Translations under genes and position numbers: made by a program
Shown here: positions 9,755 to 19,214 of the stretch, one piece after another
Position numbering within the stretch: the first letter of the stretch is position 1
Layout of the letters: each line of letters starts with the position of its first letter
The notes under the pieces: model-generated
The model's database searches: none
What the model was told of the DNA's origin: nothing
Seen by the model: only the letters and a program-made list of their open reading frames with translations
DNA from: Thermoanaerobaculia bacterium
GTDB lineage: Bacteria; Acidobacteriota; Thermoanaerobaculia; Multivoradales; UBA5704
Direction: 5' to 3'
DNA length: 64,000 bases
Assembly (NCBI GenBank): GCA_044226625.1
Contig: JBGAGQ010000001.1
Span: 1 to 64,000, forward strand

Positions 9755-11077
9755 CTAGTTTCCCGCCCCGGCGCCTGGCTGGAAGCGAAGCTCCGGTTGG
9801 CAGCGGGCGTCGAGCAGGTAGGCCCGGAGGTCTTCGATCAGGGCCTCCGTCAACACCTCTTGCTGCGCCGCGTCGGTGAACAGCTTGAGCGCCGCGAGGG
9901 CCTCGCGATGGACGTCCTGCGAGGTGAAGGTCGGCAGCATCTCTTGAGCCAGCTCGCGCACCGCTTCGGACTGTCCCTGCTGGAGAGCTACGAGAGCGAG
10001 GTCGAGCGAGACGAGCGCGGCGTCGTAGCCCATCCGCGCCTCGACGAAACCGTCGCGAACGACCTGGAATTTCTTGCGCGCGAGCCCGAAATCGCGCTCG
10101 GCCATGGCGACCCGGCCGCGGATCCAGGGATAGCGGAGATGCGCGAGGGGCTCCCCCATCTCGGCATGCTGCGGCTCGTCCTGTTCGAGAATCCGCTTCG
10201 CCGCCCTCAGGTCTTTGAGGTCGCAGCAGGCGCGCGCGAGGTTGATGCGCGCCCAAAGGTAAAGCTTGCGATCTTCCGACACCGCCTCGGTGGCGAGAGT
10301 CTCCCGCGTGACCTTGAGGGCGCGCAGGGGCTCCGACGCTTCGAGGAAGAGGAGCGCGCGGGTGATCTCCACCTTGGCCACCTCGGACATCGCGCCGACG
10401 AGGCCGTAGAGGATCTTGGCGCGATCCAGAAGCTTTTCCGCCTCGGCGAAGCGCCGCAGGTTCAAGCTCAGCGAGGCCTCGAGATGGTCGATACGCGCGA
10501 CGATCGAAGGGTCGGAGATGCCGCCGATCTGGATCAAAGCGCGACTGCGGTCGAGCAGCTCCCGGGCGCCCCGGGCGTCGGGCTTTACGCGCAGCGCGTT
10601 CGCCATTTCCGCGAGCGCGAGCGGCACCAGCCCCTGGGTCAGGTCCGAACCGGTCAACCGTTCGGCGACGTGAAACGCGAGATCCGCCAGATCGTAGGCG
10701 CAGTCGTGATCGAGAGGCACGGTCCGCCGCGACTCCGCGAGCAGCAGCCGGACCAATGCCGCGCTGCGGAATCCTTTGCGCGCTCGGACGACGCGAGACA
10801 GCCGCCGCTCCGGCTCGAGCTCCATCAAGGTTCTGAAATCTTCGTTCGCCCCCCGCTCCGCGGCTTCGATGCGTTTCAACTGCTCCGTCAGGAAACCCGG
10901 TAGACGCGACTCCAAGTATTGGCTCCGTTTCTCGGCCTCCCAAGCGTCCCATTCGGCCGCGCAGGTGGGACAGATACAGCGTAGATGCTCGAGACCAACT
11001 TTGACCAGCACTCGTGGCTCGACTTCACCTTTTGCGATCGCGCGCAACAATTTTCGGTTCAGGTGGATGTCTCGCAT
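9755..11077 (-). CDS. All-helical TPR-like protein with N-terminal His/Cys cluster
   Basis: HLRCICPTC; TPR-like helices; GAGGGTCGGAGG upstream RBS. Confidence 0.7.
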   Translation of the reverse strand: MRDIHLNRKLLRAIAKGEVEPRVLVKVGLEHLRCICPTCAAEWDAWEAEKRSQYLESRLPGFLTEQLKRIEAAERGANEDFRTLMELEPERRLSRVVRARKGFRSAALVRLLLAESRRTVPLDHDCAYDLADLAFHVAERLTGSDLTQGLVPLALAEMANALRVKPDARGARELLDRSRALIQIGGISDPSIVARIDHLEASLSLNLRRFAEAEKLLDRAKILYGLVGAMSEVAKVEITRALLFLEASEPLRALKVTRETLATEAVSEDRKLYLWARINLARACCDLKDLRAAKRILEQDEPQHAEMGEPLAHLRYPWIRGRVAMAERDFGLARKKFQVVRDGFVEARMGYDAALVSLDLALVALQQGQSEAVRELAQEMLPTFTSQDVHREALAALKLFTDAAQQEVLTEALIEDLRAYLLDARCQPELRFQPGAGAGN

Positions 11078-11155
11078 CCTCCGACCCTCCTGGCCACATT
11101 GAATATGCCTTACACCAACAGTGCGCCAAATCCGGCGATGGGGACAGGAAAAGAG

Positions 11156-11185
11156 CGGGCGGACGTAATCGGTTACGTCCGCCCG
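11156..11185 (-). terminator. Intrinsic terminator after small peptide gene
   Basis: 13-bp perfect stem CGGGCGGACGTAA / TTACGTCCGCCCG, 4-nt loop, followed by CTCTTTT on the minus strand. Confidence 0.8.
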
Positions 11186-11197
11186 TTCCTCTCGCGC

Positions 11198-11437
11198 TCA
11201 GCTATCGCACTTGGGGGAATTGTTCGGGTCGATCCCGCACCCGGTATCGCCGGTCGGCGGTTTCTGAGCGTTCCGGTCGGCCCCGAAGAACACCGAAACG
11301 AAAGCCAGGAGGCGGCTCCAAGGGTTCCAGCCCGAGATTCCGAAGCCCGCGCCCCGAACCGGCAGCGCTCCGGCGGAGGCGGGGAGCATCAGAGCGAGGA
11401 GCAACAGCCCTGCGATCCAACGAAATCCATGACGCAT
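11198..11437 (-). CDS. 79-aa secreted peptide with C-terminal Cys loop (GDTGCGIDPNNSPKCDS)
   Basis: AGGAGG RBS before ATG at 11437; signal peptide ending ASA/AGA; own terminator. Confidence 0.75.
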   Translation of the reverse strand: MRHGFRWIAGLLLLALMLPASAGALPVRGAGFGISGWNPWSRLLAFVSVFFGADRNAQKPPTGDTGCGIDPNNSPKCDS

Positions 11438-11684
11438 AGCAAAAACCCTCCTGAGAGCAAGCGCGATCTCTCCCACCCCCCAATAGGGTGGAGGCCTCTT
11501 AGGAATTAGATTGGCTGCGCTCGCTGGGGGGCTACGCTACGCCTGTGTTGCCTCGAAAGGAAAGTATCCCGAGAAATCGAGCAAGAGCTATACCCGAAAG
11601 TTCCGTCCTTCCGAGAAAGATCACCAACGACCGCGCCGTCGAATGCGACGCGGTCATCCGTTTCGAGATCACTGTTTTAGCGAG

Positions 11685-12941
11685 TTAGGCGATGGCCGCT
11701 CGATCGAGCGCGTGCGCCAGCGCCTCGACGGCCCGGTCGATCTCCTCGACGGTGTTGTAATGCGCCATCGAGATCCGGACCACTCCTTCGCGGTCGGTGA
11801 GACTTAGCGCCTGGACCAACCGACGGGAATGGAAATCGCCGAACCGGACGCCGATCTTCTCGCCGTCGAGCGCCAATGGAATCTCGGAGGCGTTGCGATC
11901 CCTGACAGCGAACGAGACAGTCGCGACGCGGCGCTCGGGGTCTCCCGAAGGCTCACCGAGGATCCGCACGTCGTTCCGGGAGCGGAGGAACGCGAGCAGT
12001 CGTTCGGCCAACCGGCCTTCGTGATCCGCGATGGCATCGAACGCCGCGCCGAGCCGAGAATCCCCACCTTCGCCTCCCGCGCGCCGCCCCACTTCGTTCA
12101 GGTACTCGACGATCGCCGGGACCGATGCGGCGAGCTCGAAGCAGGGGCCTCCCGGTTGCAGCTTGTACGGGATCGCCTGGCGACCAAGGAAGACGTGGTT
12201 GACGTTGGCGAGCGATTCGAGCCAATCGCGTTTGACGTAGAGCGCGCCCGCGTGGGGACCGAAGACCTTATAAAGGCTGAAGACGTAGGCATCCGCGCCG
12301 ATCGTGTCGACGTCCACGCGCCGATGGGGCGCGAACGCGACGCCGTCGACGATCGCCCGAGCGCCCGCCGCGTGCACGCGCGCCACGATCTCGGCCGCCG
12401 GATGGATCGTGCCCAGGAGATTCGAAACGTGCGGAAAGCAGACCCACTTGGTGCGCTCCGACAACAAAGGCTCGAGCTGCTCGGGGACCAAGGCGAGCGT
12501 CGAGAGGTCCGTCTTCCACCAGCGAATGACCGCGCCTTTTTCCGCCAAGCGCAGCCAGGGCGTCACATTGGCTTCGTGGTCGCAGTCGGTGACGATCACC
12601 TCGTCCCCCGGAACCAGATCGTCACCGATCGAGCGCGCAAGGTTCTGCAGCAGCTGGGTGCTCGAGGCACCGAGAACGATCTCACCGGGCGAGGCCCCGA
12701 ACAGCGACGCGGCCGCGGCGACGCCCTCGGCGACGCGGGCCGCGGCGCGCCGCGAAGGCTCGTACGTCGCGCCCAGCTGGACGTTCGTCGTGAGCAGGTA
12801 GTCGCGCACCAGGTCGGCAACCGAGGCGAGCGTCTGCGAGCCTCCAGCGTTGTCGAGGAAGACCCAGTCCCCCGCCAACGCGGGAAACGAGGACCGGACG
12901 AAATCGAGGTCCAGCGAAGCGACGCGAGGCGTGGAGATCAT
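11685..12941 (-). CDS. Cysteine desulfurase-like PLP enzyme (aminotransferase class V)
   Basis: FLDNAGGSQ, DHEAN, FSLYKVFGPH (PLP lysine), RISMAHYN; AAAGGAG RBS. Confidence 0.9.
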   Translation of the reverse strand: MISTPRVASLDLDFVRSSFPALAGDWVFLDNAGGSQTLASVADLVRDYLLTTNVQLGATYEPSRRAAARVAEGVAAAASLFGASPGEIVLGASSTQLLQNLARSIGDDLVPGDEVIVTDCDHEANVTPWLRLAEKGAVIRWWKTDLSTLALVPEQLEPLLSERTKWVCFPHVSNLLGTIHPAAEIVARVHAAGARAIVDGVAFAPHRRVDVDTIGADAYVFSLYKVFGPHAGALYVKRDWLESLANVNHVFLGRQAIPYKLQPGGPCFELAASVPAIVEYLNEVGRRAGGEGGDSRLGAAFDAIADHEGRLAERLLAFLRSRNDVRILGEPSGDPERRVATVSFAVRDRNASEIPLALDGEKIGVRFGDFHSRRLVQALSLTDREGVVRISMAHYNTVEEIDRAVEALAHALDRAAIA

Positions 12942-13100
12942 GGTCGAAGGCTCCTTTGGGAAGGTTGGGAGTGTACCCCTTTGTGCCTCCAAACGCTGCC
13001 GGTTGTGGCCGTCTTCGCCCATACCCCAAGGGGCTGTGAAGCCGTGCGGAAGACGCGGCAAGGAAACGAGTTGCGTCCTCACCTCCGTTCGCGATTCCGC

Positions 13101-13129
13101 TTGACTTACGCCTCGATTACGCCTATCGT
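13101..13129 (+). promoter_or_regulatory. Sigma70-type promoter for the XRE gene, with an internal direct repeat
   Basis: TTGACT-N17-TATCGT; TTACGCCT occurs twice, 11 bp apart. Confidence 0.55.
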
Positions 13130-13203
13130 TCTCCCATTCCCGAGGGGACGCCCGAGATCGAGCCCGACCCTCGCGAAGGACCATCCAGCGGGAGATTTTG
13201 GCC

Positions 13204-13713
13204 ATGAACGCGCGCTCTTCCCTCCTCTTCGATCGGCTCGGACGTGCCGTCCGCTGGCTCCGCGAGCGCCAGGGCAAAAAGCAGTACCTGGTGGCGGACG
13301 CGGCGGGCGTCACCAAAGGAATGCTCTCCGCCTACGAGACGGGGCGGCAGAAGCCCTCGCTCGAAACGCTCGAGAAGCTCCTCTCGGCCCTCGACTGCGA
13401 TCTCCACGACCTTCACAACGCGATTCAGATCGTCAACGAGCGGCCCGAAGGAATCCGGCGCTCGTCGTTTCCGGCGGGAAGCCTCGGAGCGTTCGATCCC
13501 TATCCGTTCGGCGCCGCGGGGCCGCGCCTGGAGATCGCGGAGCCGCAGGACCTGCGGAGCGATTCGCTGGACGTCGGACGCCTTCTCGGCATCGAGCGCG
13601 AGCTGGAGGGCGAGGAACGGCGGGCGCTCGAAGAGATCGTCGCCGGCTGCCATCGGCTGGTACGCCACCTGCATCGAGCGGTCGAAGAACGGAGTCTCCG
13701 CGGCGCGAGCTGA
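13204..13713 (+). CDS. XRE-family HTH transcriptional regulator
   Basis: LRERQG…VADAAGVTKGMLSAYETGRQKPSLETL. Confidence 0.9.
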   Translation: MNARSSLLFDRLGRAVRWLRERQGKKQYLVADAAGVTKGMLSAYETGRQKPSLETLEKLLSALDCDLHDLHNAIQIVNERPEGIRRSSFPAGSLGAFDPYPFGAAGPRLEIAEPQDLRSDSLDVGRLLGIERELEGEERRALEEIVAGCHRLVRHLHRAVEERSLRGAS

Positions 13714-13751
13714 TACTCTCGCGCGGGGGCCTTTGCCATCGCGAGGTGTAC

Positions 13752-14390
13752 ATGCTTTTGCGCTTTCGAGATACCCGTCCGTCGTCCAAGTTCGTCCGAG
13801 CCGCGGTGGCCGCCGCAGCCGTCTCGTCGGCGATTGCGCTGCCGGCCGTAGCCGCCGACATGGGCAAGATTCTGCTCGGCCAGCTCGATCGTGCCGACGC
13901 GATCGTGCTCGGCAAGGTGACCGACGTGCATCAGGGGACGGCAGACGATTCTCCCGTCTCGCTCGTGCGGTTCGCGGTGAGCGAGAAGATCCGCGGCGAG
14001 GTCGGAGGGGAGATCGAGGTCGTCGTGCCCCGGACGTTGATCCAGAAGGGCCCCCTGCTGCTCGAAACGGGGTCCCAGGAGGAGCCCGCGCTCGGCCTCG
14101 GAGACGAGTCGCTGTTGTTCCTGACTCGCTATCCCGGCCGGGACGGCTCCTACTCGATCACGTCGGCCGACAACGGCAAGTTCGTGGTGACGACGACCGC
14201 GGAAGGGGAAAAGCGGGCCGATCGATTCATGCTGTCCAGGCCGGTGGTGGGCGGAGTGCCCCTCGATGCGCTGCTGGGCCAGATCCGGAAAGAGCTGAAG
14301 ATTCCGGTCCCGTCGGCTCCCGGCTCTCCCAAAGCCGACGTGCCCTCTTCCCCGCCAAGCCCGGAAAAACCGCAGGCGCCTCGGGGCTAG
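13752..14390 (+). CDS. Secreted hypothetical protein
   Basis: GAGG RBS, Ala-rich signal, ADAIVLGKV…ESLLFL, Pro-rich tail. Confidence 0.7.
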   Translation: MLLRFRDTRPSSKFVRAAVAAAAVSSAIALPAVAADMGKILLGQLDRADAIVLGKVTDVHQGTADDSPVSLVRFAVSEKIRGEVGGEIEVVVPRTLIQKGPLLLETGSQEEPALGLGDESLLFLTRYPGRDGSYSITSADNGKFVVTTTAEGEKRADRFMLSRPVVGGVPLDALLGQIRKELKIPVPSAPGSPKADVPSSPPSPEKPQAPRG

Positions 14391-15133
14391 CTGGCTCCTT
14401 CGAGGTTGCCGATCGCCAGCCCGAGGAACGAGTAGATCCGGCGGACGTAGCCGCGGGTCTCGCGGTAGGGGGGAATCCCGCCGTAACGCTGCACCGCCTG
14501 TTCCCCTGCGTTATAGGCCGCGAGGACGCGCGCTAAGTCGCCGGGAAACTGCTCGATCAGGAACTTGAGATAGCGGACGCCCGCTTCCAGGTTCTGCTCC
14601 GGCTCGAACAGCCGGTCGGCCCGCACCCCGAAGCGCTTCGCCGTCGCGGGCATCAGTTGCATCAGACCACGCGCGCCCTTGCGCGACAGCGCGCGCGGGT
14701 TGTTGGACGATTCGGCGCGGATCAGCGCCGCCACGACGGAGGGATTGACCTGGTGCTTCTTCGCCGCGGCGAAGATCTGGGCGCCGTAAGGGCCGACGGG
14801 AACTTCCTGGGTATCTTCGAATTCCAGGGCGACGCGGGCTTCGGCCGGCTGGTCCGGAGGCGCGGGGGGCCCCACGGCGACCACCGGCAGCTCGGGCTCT
14901 TCGACCTCGTCGTCTACGACTCTCTCGATCCGGTCGATCGGCAGGCTCAGCCGACCGCCCCGGGGGAACACGAGCTCTGCCCGTTCGTCTCCCCCGACGC
15001 CTCCGACCTCGAAGGCTTCCACCTTGAGCAGACTGCCATCGGTCAAAATGACCAGATCGGCGCGTGCCCGTACGGCACCCGCAAGGAGGGCGACGGAGAA
15101 AAGGAAGAGCGCTCGGATTCCTGGCGACGTCAC
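14387..15133 (-). CDS. Lytic transglycosylase (SLT domain)
   Basis: IRAES, GARGLMQLMP, AAYNAG. Confidence 0.93.
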   Translation of the reverse strand: MTSPGIRALFLFSVALLAGAVRARADLVILTDGSLLKVEAFEVGGVGGDERAELVFPRGGRLSLPIDRIERVVDDEVEEPELPVVAVGPPAPPDQPAEARVALEFEDTQEVPVGPYGAQIFAAAKKHQVNPSVVAALIRAESSNNPRALSRKGARGLMQLMPATAKRFGVRADRLFEPEQNLEAGVRYLKFLIEQFPGDLARVLAAYNAGEQAVQRYGGIPPYRETRGYVRRIYSFLGLAIGNLEGAS

Positions 15134-15361
15134 AGCAGGACATTCTACGGGCGAACGGGCGAAAACGTCACGATTTCGCCGTCCCCTCGGTTTCGGCGGC
15201 GTCAGCTTGACGAAAATCTTGGGACCGCGCTACCTTCCTCACCTCTCGTGCTCCGTCGTTTCCATGTTTAGTCGTCGAATGCCAAGAGCCTTCGCTTTCC
15301 GCCTGCTCCTCGGGCGAGGTTCGACCCCCTGATTCCCCGGCGCGAAGACCTCGAGCGGCTG

Positions 15362-17014
15362 TTGCGCAGTGCCGAGGGGCGGATCGAAGAAACGCCTTTC
15401 GCCGTCCTGCTGCTCGCCCACGCCGTCCACTCTCACACCGCGGTGATAGAGCTCCGCCGGCCGCCGGTGAGCAAGAAGATCGTGCTCGAAACGGGGGTGC
15501 CGGTCGATTGCCGCTCGAACCTGGCGAACGAGACGCTCGGCCGTTTCATGGTCGCGGCCGGCCGGCTCAGCGACGAGGAGTTCCATGCCGCCCTCGCCCA
15601 GACGGCGACGCAGGGCGCCCAGCTCGGCGAGATCCTGATCGAGCGGGGGCTGATCGGCGGCGAGGAGCTGTTCCGCCTCCTGCAGCAGAATCTGGCGAAG
15701 AAGCTGCTCGATCTGTTCACCTGGCGGCAGGGCGAGTTCCGCCTCTCGGGCGAGGCGCCCACCGCGGAATCGTCGCTCAAGGTCAAGGTGCCGCAGCTGA
15801 TCGCGACCGGCATCATCCGGTTCGCCCCGCAGGAGGAGGTCGACGCGGCGATCGCCCCCCTGGTGGGCAAGCATCTCGCGCTCTCGTCCGAGCCTTTCTT
15901 CCCCGCCTCCGAGCTCAAGCTCACCCCGGCGCAGCAGCGGCTGTCCGACGCGCTCCGGAAACCGCGCCAGATGCATGAGCTGGTCGAAGCGGCCGGGATG
16001 CCGCTGGACGAGATCGCCCGGCTGCTCTACGCCCTCTCCCTACTCGGTACGGTGACGGCGCTCGACCGCCTCCCGAGCCCGCGGACCGGAACGGTTCCGA
16101 TCCAGCCGGCGGAGGCGGCCGCGGCGAAGCCTGGCCCAGCCTCGGGGGCCTACCCGGTCTCGAATCCCGCGCAAGCGCAGGCTCCGCCGGCGCCGCCCCG
16201 GCCGGCGGCGCAGCCGGCGGAGCAGCTCCATACCCGACGGGTCCCGATCGTCAAGCTGCCCGAGGCCGCGGGCGCACCGGACGCCGCGCCGAAGCGGGCT
16301 CCGGGCGCGAGCGAGCAGCGGCGCAACGAGCTGATGCAGACCTACCTCTCCCATCGCCGGCTCGATCCGTTCGACCTGCTCGGCCTCGCCGAAGACGCCG
16401 CCCTGCCCGCGGTCGACGCCCGGTACCTCGATTTCGCCGAACGGACCGCACCCTGGAGCTTCGCCGGTACGGATCTCGAGGACAAAGCGCGCGAGCTGTT
16501 CGTCGCCGGGGCACGCGCCTACGCGCAGATCGTCGACGCGGAGAGCCGGGGAACCCTGTTGTTCCGGCGCAAGAGGCTGCGCGAGGAGCGGGAGCGGCGG
16601 CCGGATCCGGATCGGTTCAAGATCAAGACCGACCTGCTCGACCCGGAAGCGCAATTCCGCAAAGGCATGGCCCAGCTGGAGGCGGGACGGACCAAGGAGG
16701 CGATTCAGCTGCTGGAATTCGCGGCCGATTGCGATCCGGGCAACGGGCTCTACCGCGCCGAGCTGGCCTACGCCCGCTTCCATGCCGCGCCGGAGGCACC
16801 GTCGGTCGCCCGGCGCTCCGCGCTCGACCTGAAAGAGGCGTTGCGGGTCGATCCGCGGTGCGGCGTCGCGGCGCTCTATCTGGGAGAAGTTTCCGGCGCC
16901 CTCGGCGAGCTGGACGACGCCGAGGCGGCGCTGCGTCAGGCGACCCGGCTGATGGCTCCCGACCGGCGTCCGATCGACGCGCTCAAGGCTCTGCAGAGCC
17001 GCCGGAAGCGCTAG
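15362..17014 (+). CDS. DUF4388-like + degenerate J-domain + TPR protein (start uncertain)
   Basis: ETLGRFMV…LGEILI…LFTWRQGEFR; DPFDLLGL…ARY; C-terminal TPRs. Confidence 0.7.
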   Translation: MRSAEGRIEETPFAVLLLAHAVHSHTAVIELRRPPVSKKIVLETGVPVDCRSNLANETLGRFMVAAGRLSDEEFHAALAQTATQGAQLGEILIERGLIGGEELFRLLQQNLAKKLLDLFTWRQGEFRLSGEAPTAESSLKVKVPQLIATGIIRFAPQEEVDAAIAPLVGKHLALSSEPFFPASELKLTPAQQRLSDALRKPRQMHELVEAAGMPLDEIARLLYALSLLGTVTALDRLPSPRTGTVPIQPAEAAAAKPGPASGAYPVSNPAQAQAPPAPPRPAAQPAEQLHTRRVPIVKLPEAAGAPDAAPKRAPGASEQRRNELMQTYLSHRRLDPFDLLGLAEDAALPAVDARYLDFAERTAPWSFAGTDLEDKARELFVAGARAYAQIVDAESRGTLLFRRKRLREERERRPDPDRFKIKTDLLDPEAQFRKGMAQLEAGRTKEAIQLLEFAADCDPGNGLYRAELAYARFHAAPEAPSVARRSALDLKEALRVDPRCGVAALYLGEVSGALGELDDAEAALRQATRLMAPDRRPIDALKALQSRRKR

Positions 17015-17618
17015 TCGCTTCCGGTTCGGGCGCGATCGCGCGGTCGCGATCCCCCACCAGGCTGCTCGAGCGATAGACGTAATAGAGCCCCGAGGCGAGG
17101 GTGAGCGCCGCCGTCAGGTAGATGAAGAAATCGGCGAGGAAGTCGAGAGCCACGGCGAGTCGCAGCGCCTCCTTGGCGGCGATGCCCGCGAGCAGGACGA
17201 CGACCACGGTGGCCACCTGCACCACCGTCGTCACCTTGCTGATCACCGTCGGCGGGAAGTTGCGCACGCCGAGCGCGAGGTAGAGCACGAGGGCGACGAT
17301 CACGATCAGCAGATCGCGCGAGATCACCAGGATCGTCACCCAGAGCGGCACCGGCGCGGGCTGGGCGATGCTCGGAATCGCGAGCACCACCCAGGCCGAG
17401 GTGAGGAGCAGCTTGTCGGCGATCGGATCGAGGTAGGTCCCGAGCAGCGACTGCTGCTTCGCCAACCGCGCGATGAAACCGTCGAGCGCGTCGGTGATCC
17501 CTGCGGCGAGGAAGATGATCATCGCCTTCTTCGGCTCGCCGTAGCGCACCGCGATGATGAACACGGGCACCAGAGCCATCCGGAGGAGCGACAGCAGGTT
17601 CGGGATGGTCAGGCTCAC
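16983..17618 (-). CDS. pgsA: CDP-alcohol phosphatidyltransferase
   Basis: TIPNLLSLLR, DALDGFIAR…LGTYLDPIADK; GTG start overlaps the upstream TGA. Confidence 0.85.
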   Translation of the reverse strand: MSLTIPNLLSLLRMALVPVFIIAVRYGEPKKAMIIFLAAGITDALDGFIARLAKQQSLLGTYLDPIADKLLLTSAWVVLAIPSIAQPAPVPLWVTILVISRDLLIVIVALVLYLALGVRNFPPTVISKVTTVVQVATVVVVLLAGIAAKEALRLAVALDFLADFFIYLTAALTLASGLYYVYRSSSLVGDRDRAIAPEPEATSASGGSAEP

Positions 17619-19039
17619 GAGGCTCCCAGGGCCTTGAGCGCCAGGCGGATCATCTCGACCGCCTCGGCTCCGGAGACGGGGTCGCGCGGCCGGCAGTCGT
17701 CCGGGGTGCGAAGCAGGCCGCAACGAGCGGCGGTCGCGCAGGTCCCGCCGTCGTCGCCGAGACACGACAGCCCTCGCCCGAAGCGGGTGAGGACGCGCAC
17801 CATGGCCGCGAGCGCCCCCTGCCGCCGAGCCGAGCTCGTGGGGAAGAAGCGGTGCAGGTCGCCGTCGACGTCCATCAAGCCGAGGTTCACCACCCGGATG
17901 ATCTCCTCCTGCCGTGCCTGGTCCAGCACGTCCGCCGCGATGCGGCCGGCCGAGGGCTTCGCGTAGCGGACGTTCGGGACCAACCAGTAGAGCAGGACGG
18001 CGAGCTCGCCGCGCGTCAGGCTCTCCCCGCGCGCGAGGCCGCGGACGTCCGGCGGCAGCGCCGAGAGCCGCCAGCGGAACTTGGTGACCTCCAGCCGGGC
18101 GGCGACCGCGGGATCGCGCGGAAAGCGCTCGGAGAGAGAGGTCACGATCTCGAGCCCTTGGCTCGGCTCGCCGACGTCCATCTCGAGGTCGGCCCGACGC
18201 TCGAGCAGCGACCGGTCCTCGGGCTTCCGCTCGGTGAGCCGGCGTAGAGCGGCGAGCTCCGCCTGCGGCTCGCGCGCGGCGTGCGCGACCGCGGCCGAGG
18301 CCTCGTAGGTCGCGATTTCGGTCGGGGCCCATTGCTCGAGCAGCCGGAGCTGCGCTTTGGCGACGTCGATCTCGCCGAGACCGAGCTCCTCATCGACCCG
18401 CTTGCGCGTGACGCTGAGGGCCTGGGCATGGAGCGATCCGGTGCGGCCGAACGCCGTGGGGCTGCGCGCGGCGATCGCGCGATAGGCACCGTAGGCGAGC
18501 GGGATCTGGCCGCTCCGTTCCGCCGCGCGGCCGATCAGAAGCTGGCAGGCCGTGTAATCCGGCGCGCAGCCACCCTGGGCGCCGGAGGCTCCCGGAGCCG
18601 CCGAGGCGGTTGGCACCGAGGGTTCCGAGAGCCGGCGAAGCACCGAAGCCAGGTCGCCGCGCGCGAAATCCACCTGCGCGGCCAGTACTTTCGCGGGGGT
18701 GAGGCCGGGGTCCGCGGCGAGCAGGCGGTCCGCCGTCTCCTCGGCCCCTTCGAGATCCCCTTCCCGCATCAAGCCTTCGTGCGCGACAAGGATCTCGTCG
18801 TGCCGCTCGGCGCTGAGAACCCCCGGGAAGCCGGCGGCCGGCTCCACGAGAAACGCCTTTTCCTCGGCGGGAAGGTCGAGCGCGCGAACCTCCGGCTTCG
18901 GGGCCGGCCCTTTCGGAGGCGGCGCCGAAGCGCAGGCGGCGGCGAGCAACGTCAAGGCGAGGACGCCGAGGGTCGCCCCCGGGCCTCGACCGACGCGCTC
19001 AGGCGGCGGCAGGGGCCGTCGCGATCGTGGCGATGGCAT
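17615..19039 (-). CDS. TPR lipoprotein with C-terminal SLH-like region
   Basis: Lipobox LAAAC; TPR helices; LTRGELA…GLMD…FFP SLH-like motifs. Confidence 0.7.
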   Translation of the reverse strand: MPSPRSRRPLPPPERVGRGPGATLGVLALTLLAAACASAPPPKGPAPKPEVRALDLPAEEKAFLVEPAAGFPGVLSAERHDEILVAHEGLMREGDLEGAEETADRLLAADPGLTPAKVLAAQVDFARGDLASVLRRLSEPSVPTASAAPGASGAQGGCAPDYTACQLLIGRAAERSGQIPLAYGAYRAIAARSPTAFGRTGSLHAQALSVTRKRVDEELGLGEIDVAKAQLRLLEQWAPTEIATYEASAAVAHAAREPQAELAALRRLTERKPEDRSLLERRADLEMDVGEPSQGLEIVTSLSERFPRDPAVAARLEVTKFRWRLSALPPDVRGLARGESLTRGELAVLLYWLVPNVRYAKPSAGRIAADVLDQARQEEIIRVVNLGLMDVDGDLHRFFPTSSARRQGALAAMVRVLTRFGRGLSCLGDDGGTCATAARCGLLRTPDDCRPRDPVSGAEAVEMIRLALKALGAS

Positions 19040-19214
19040 GCTTATAAATCAGGATCTCTTTCCCTTCGGCTTCGAGCACGACGGCAAAGCGATCAAACCT
19101 CCTCATCCGTCCGAGGAGCTGGCGTCCGGTAATCAGCTCGAGGGACATCGTCTGCCCCTCCTTGAGACTCTGGAAAAGATAGCCGTCTTGAATGTTGATG
19201 TTGTGCTTCGGCAT
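18999..19214 (-). CDS. hfq: RNA chaperone Hfq
   Basis: NIQDGYL…FDRFAV…LIYKHAIATI; downstream of miaA. Confidence 0.93.
   Translation of the reverse strand: MPKHNINIQDGYLFQSLKEGQTMSLELITGRQLLGRMRRFDRFAVVLEAEGKEILIYKHAIATIATAPAAA

Noticed and set aside
11829-13751. Long N-terminal extensions in the ORF track (also 35398, 42418, 49739, 54732, 59718)
   Set aside because: They overlap other genes; the real starts are downstream with an RBS or stop-start overlap.
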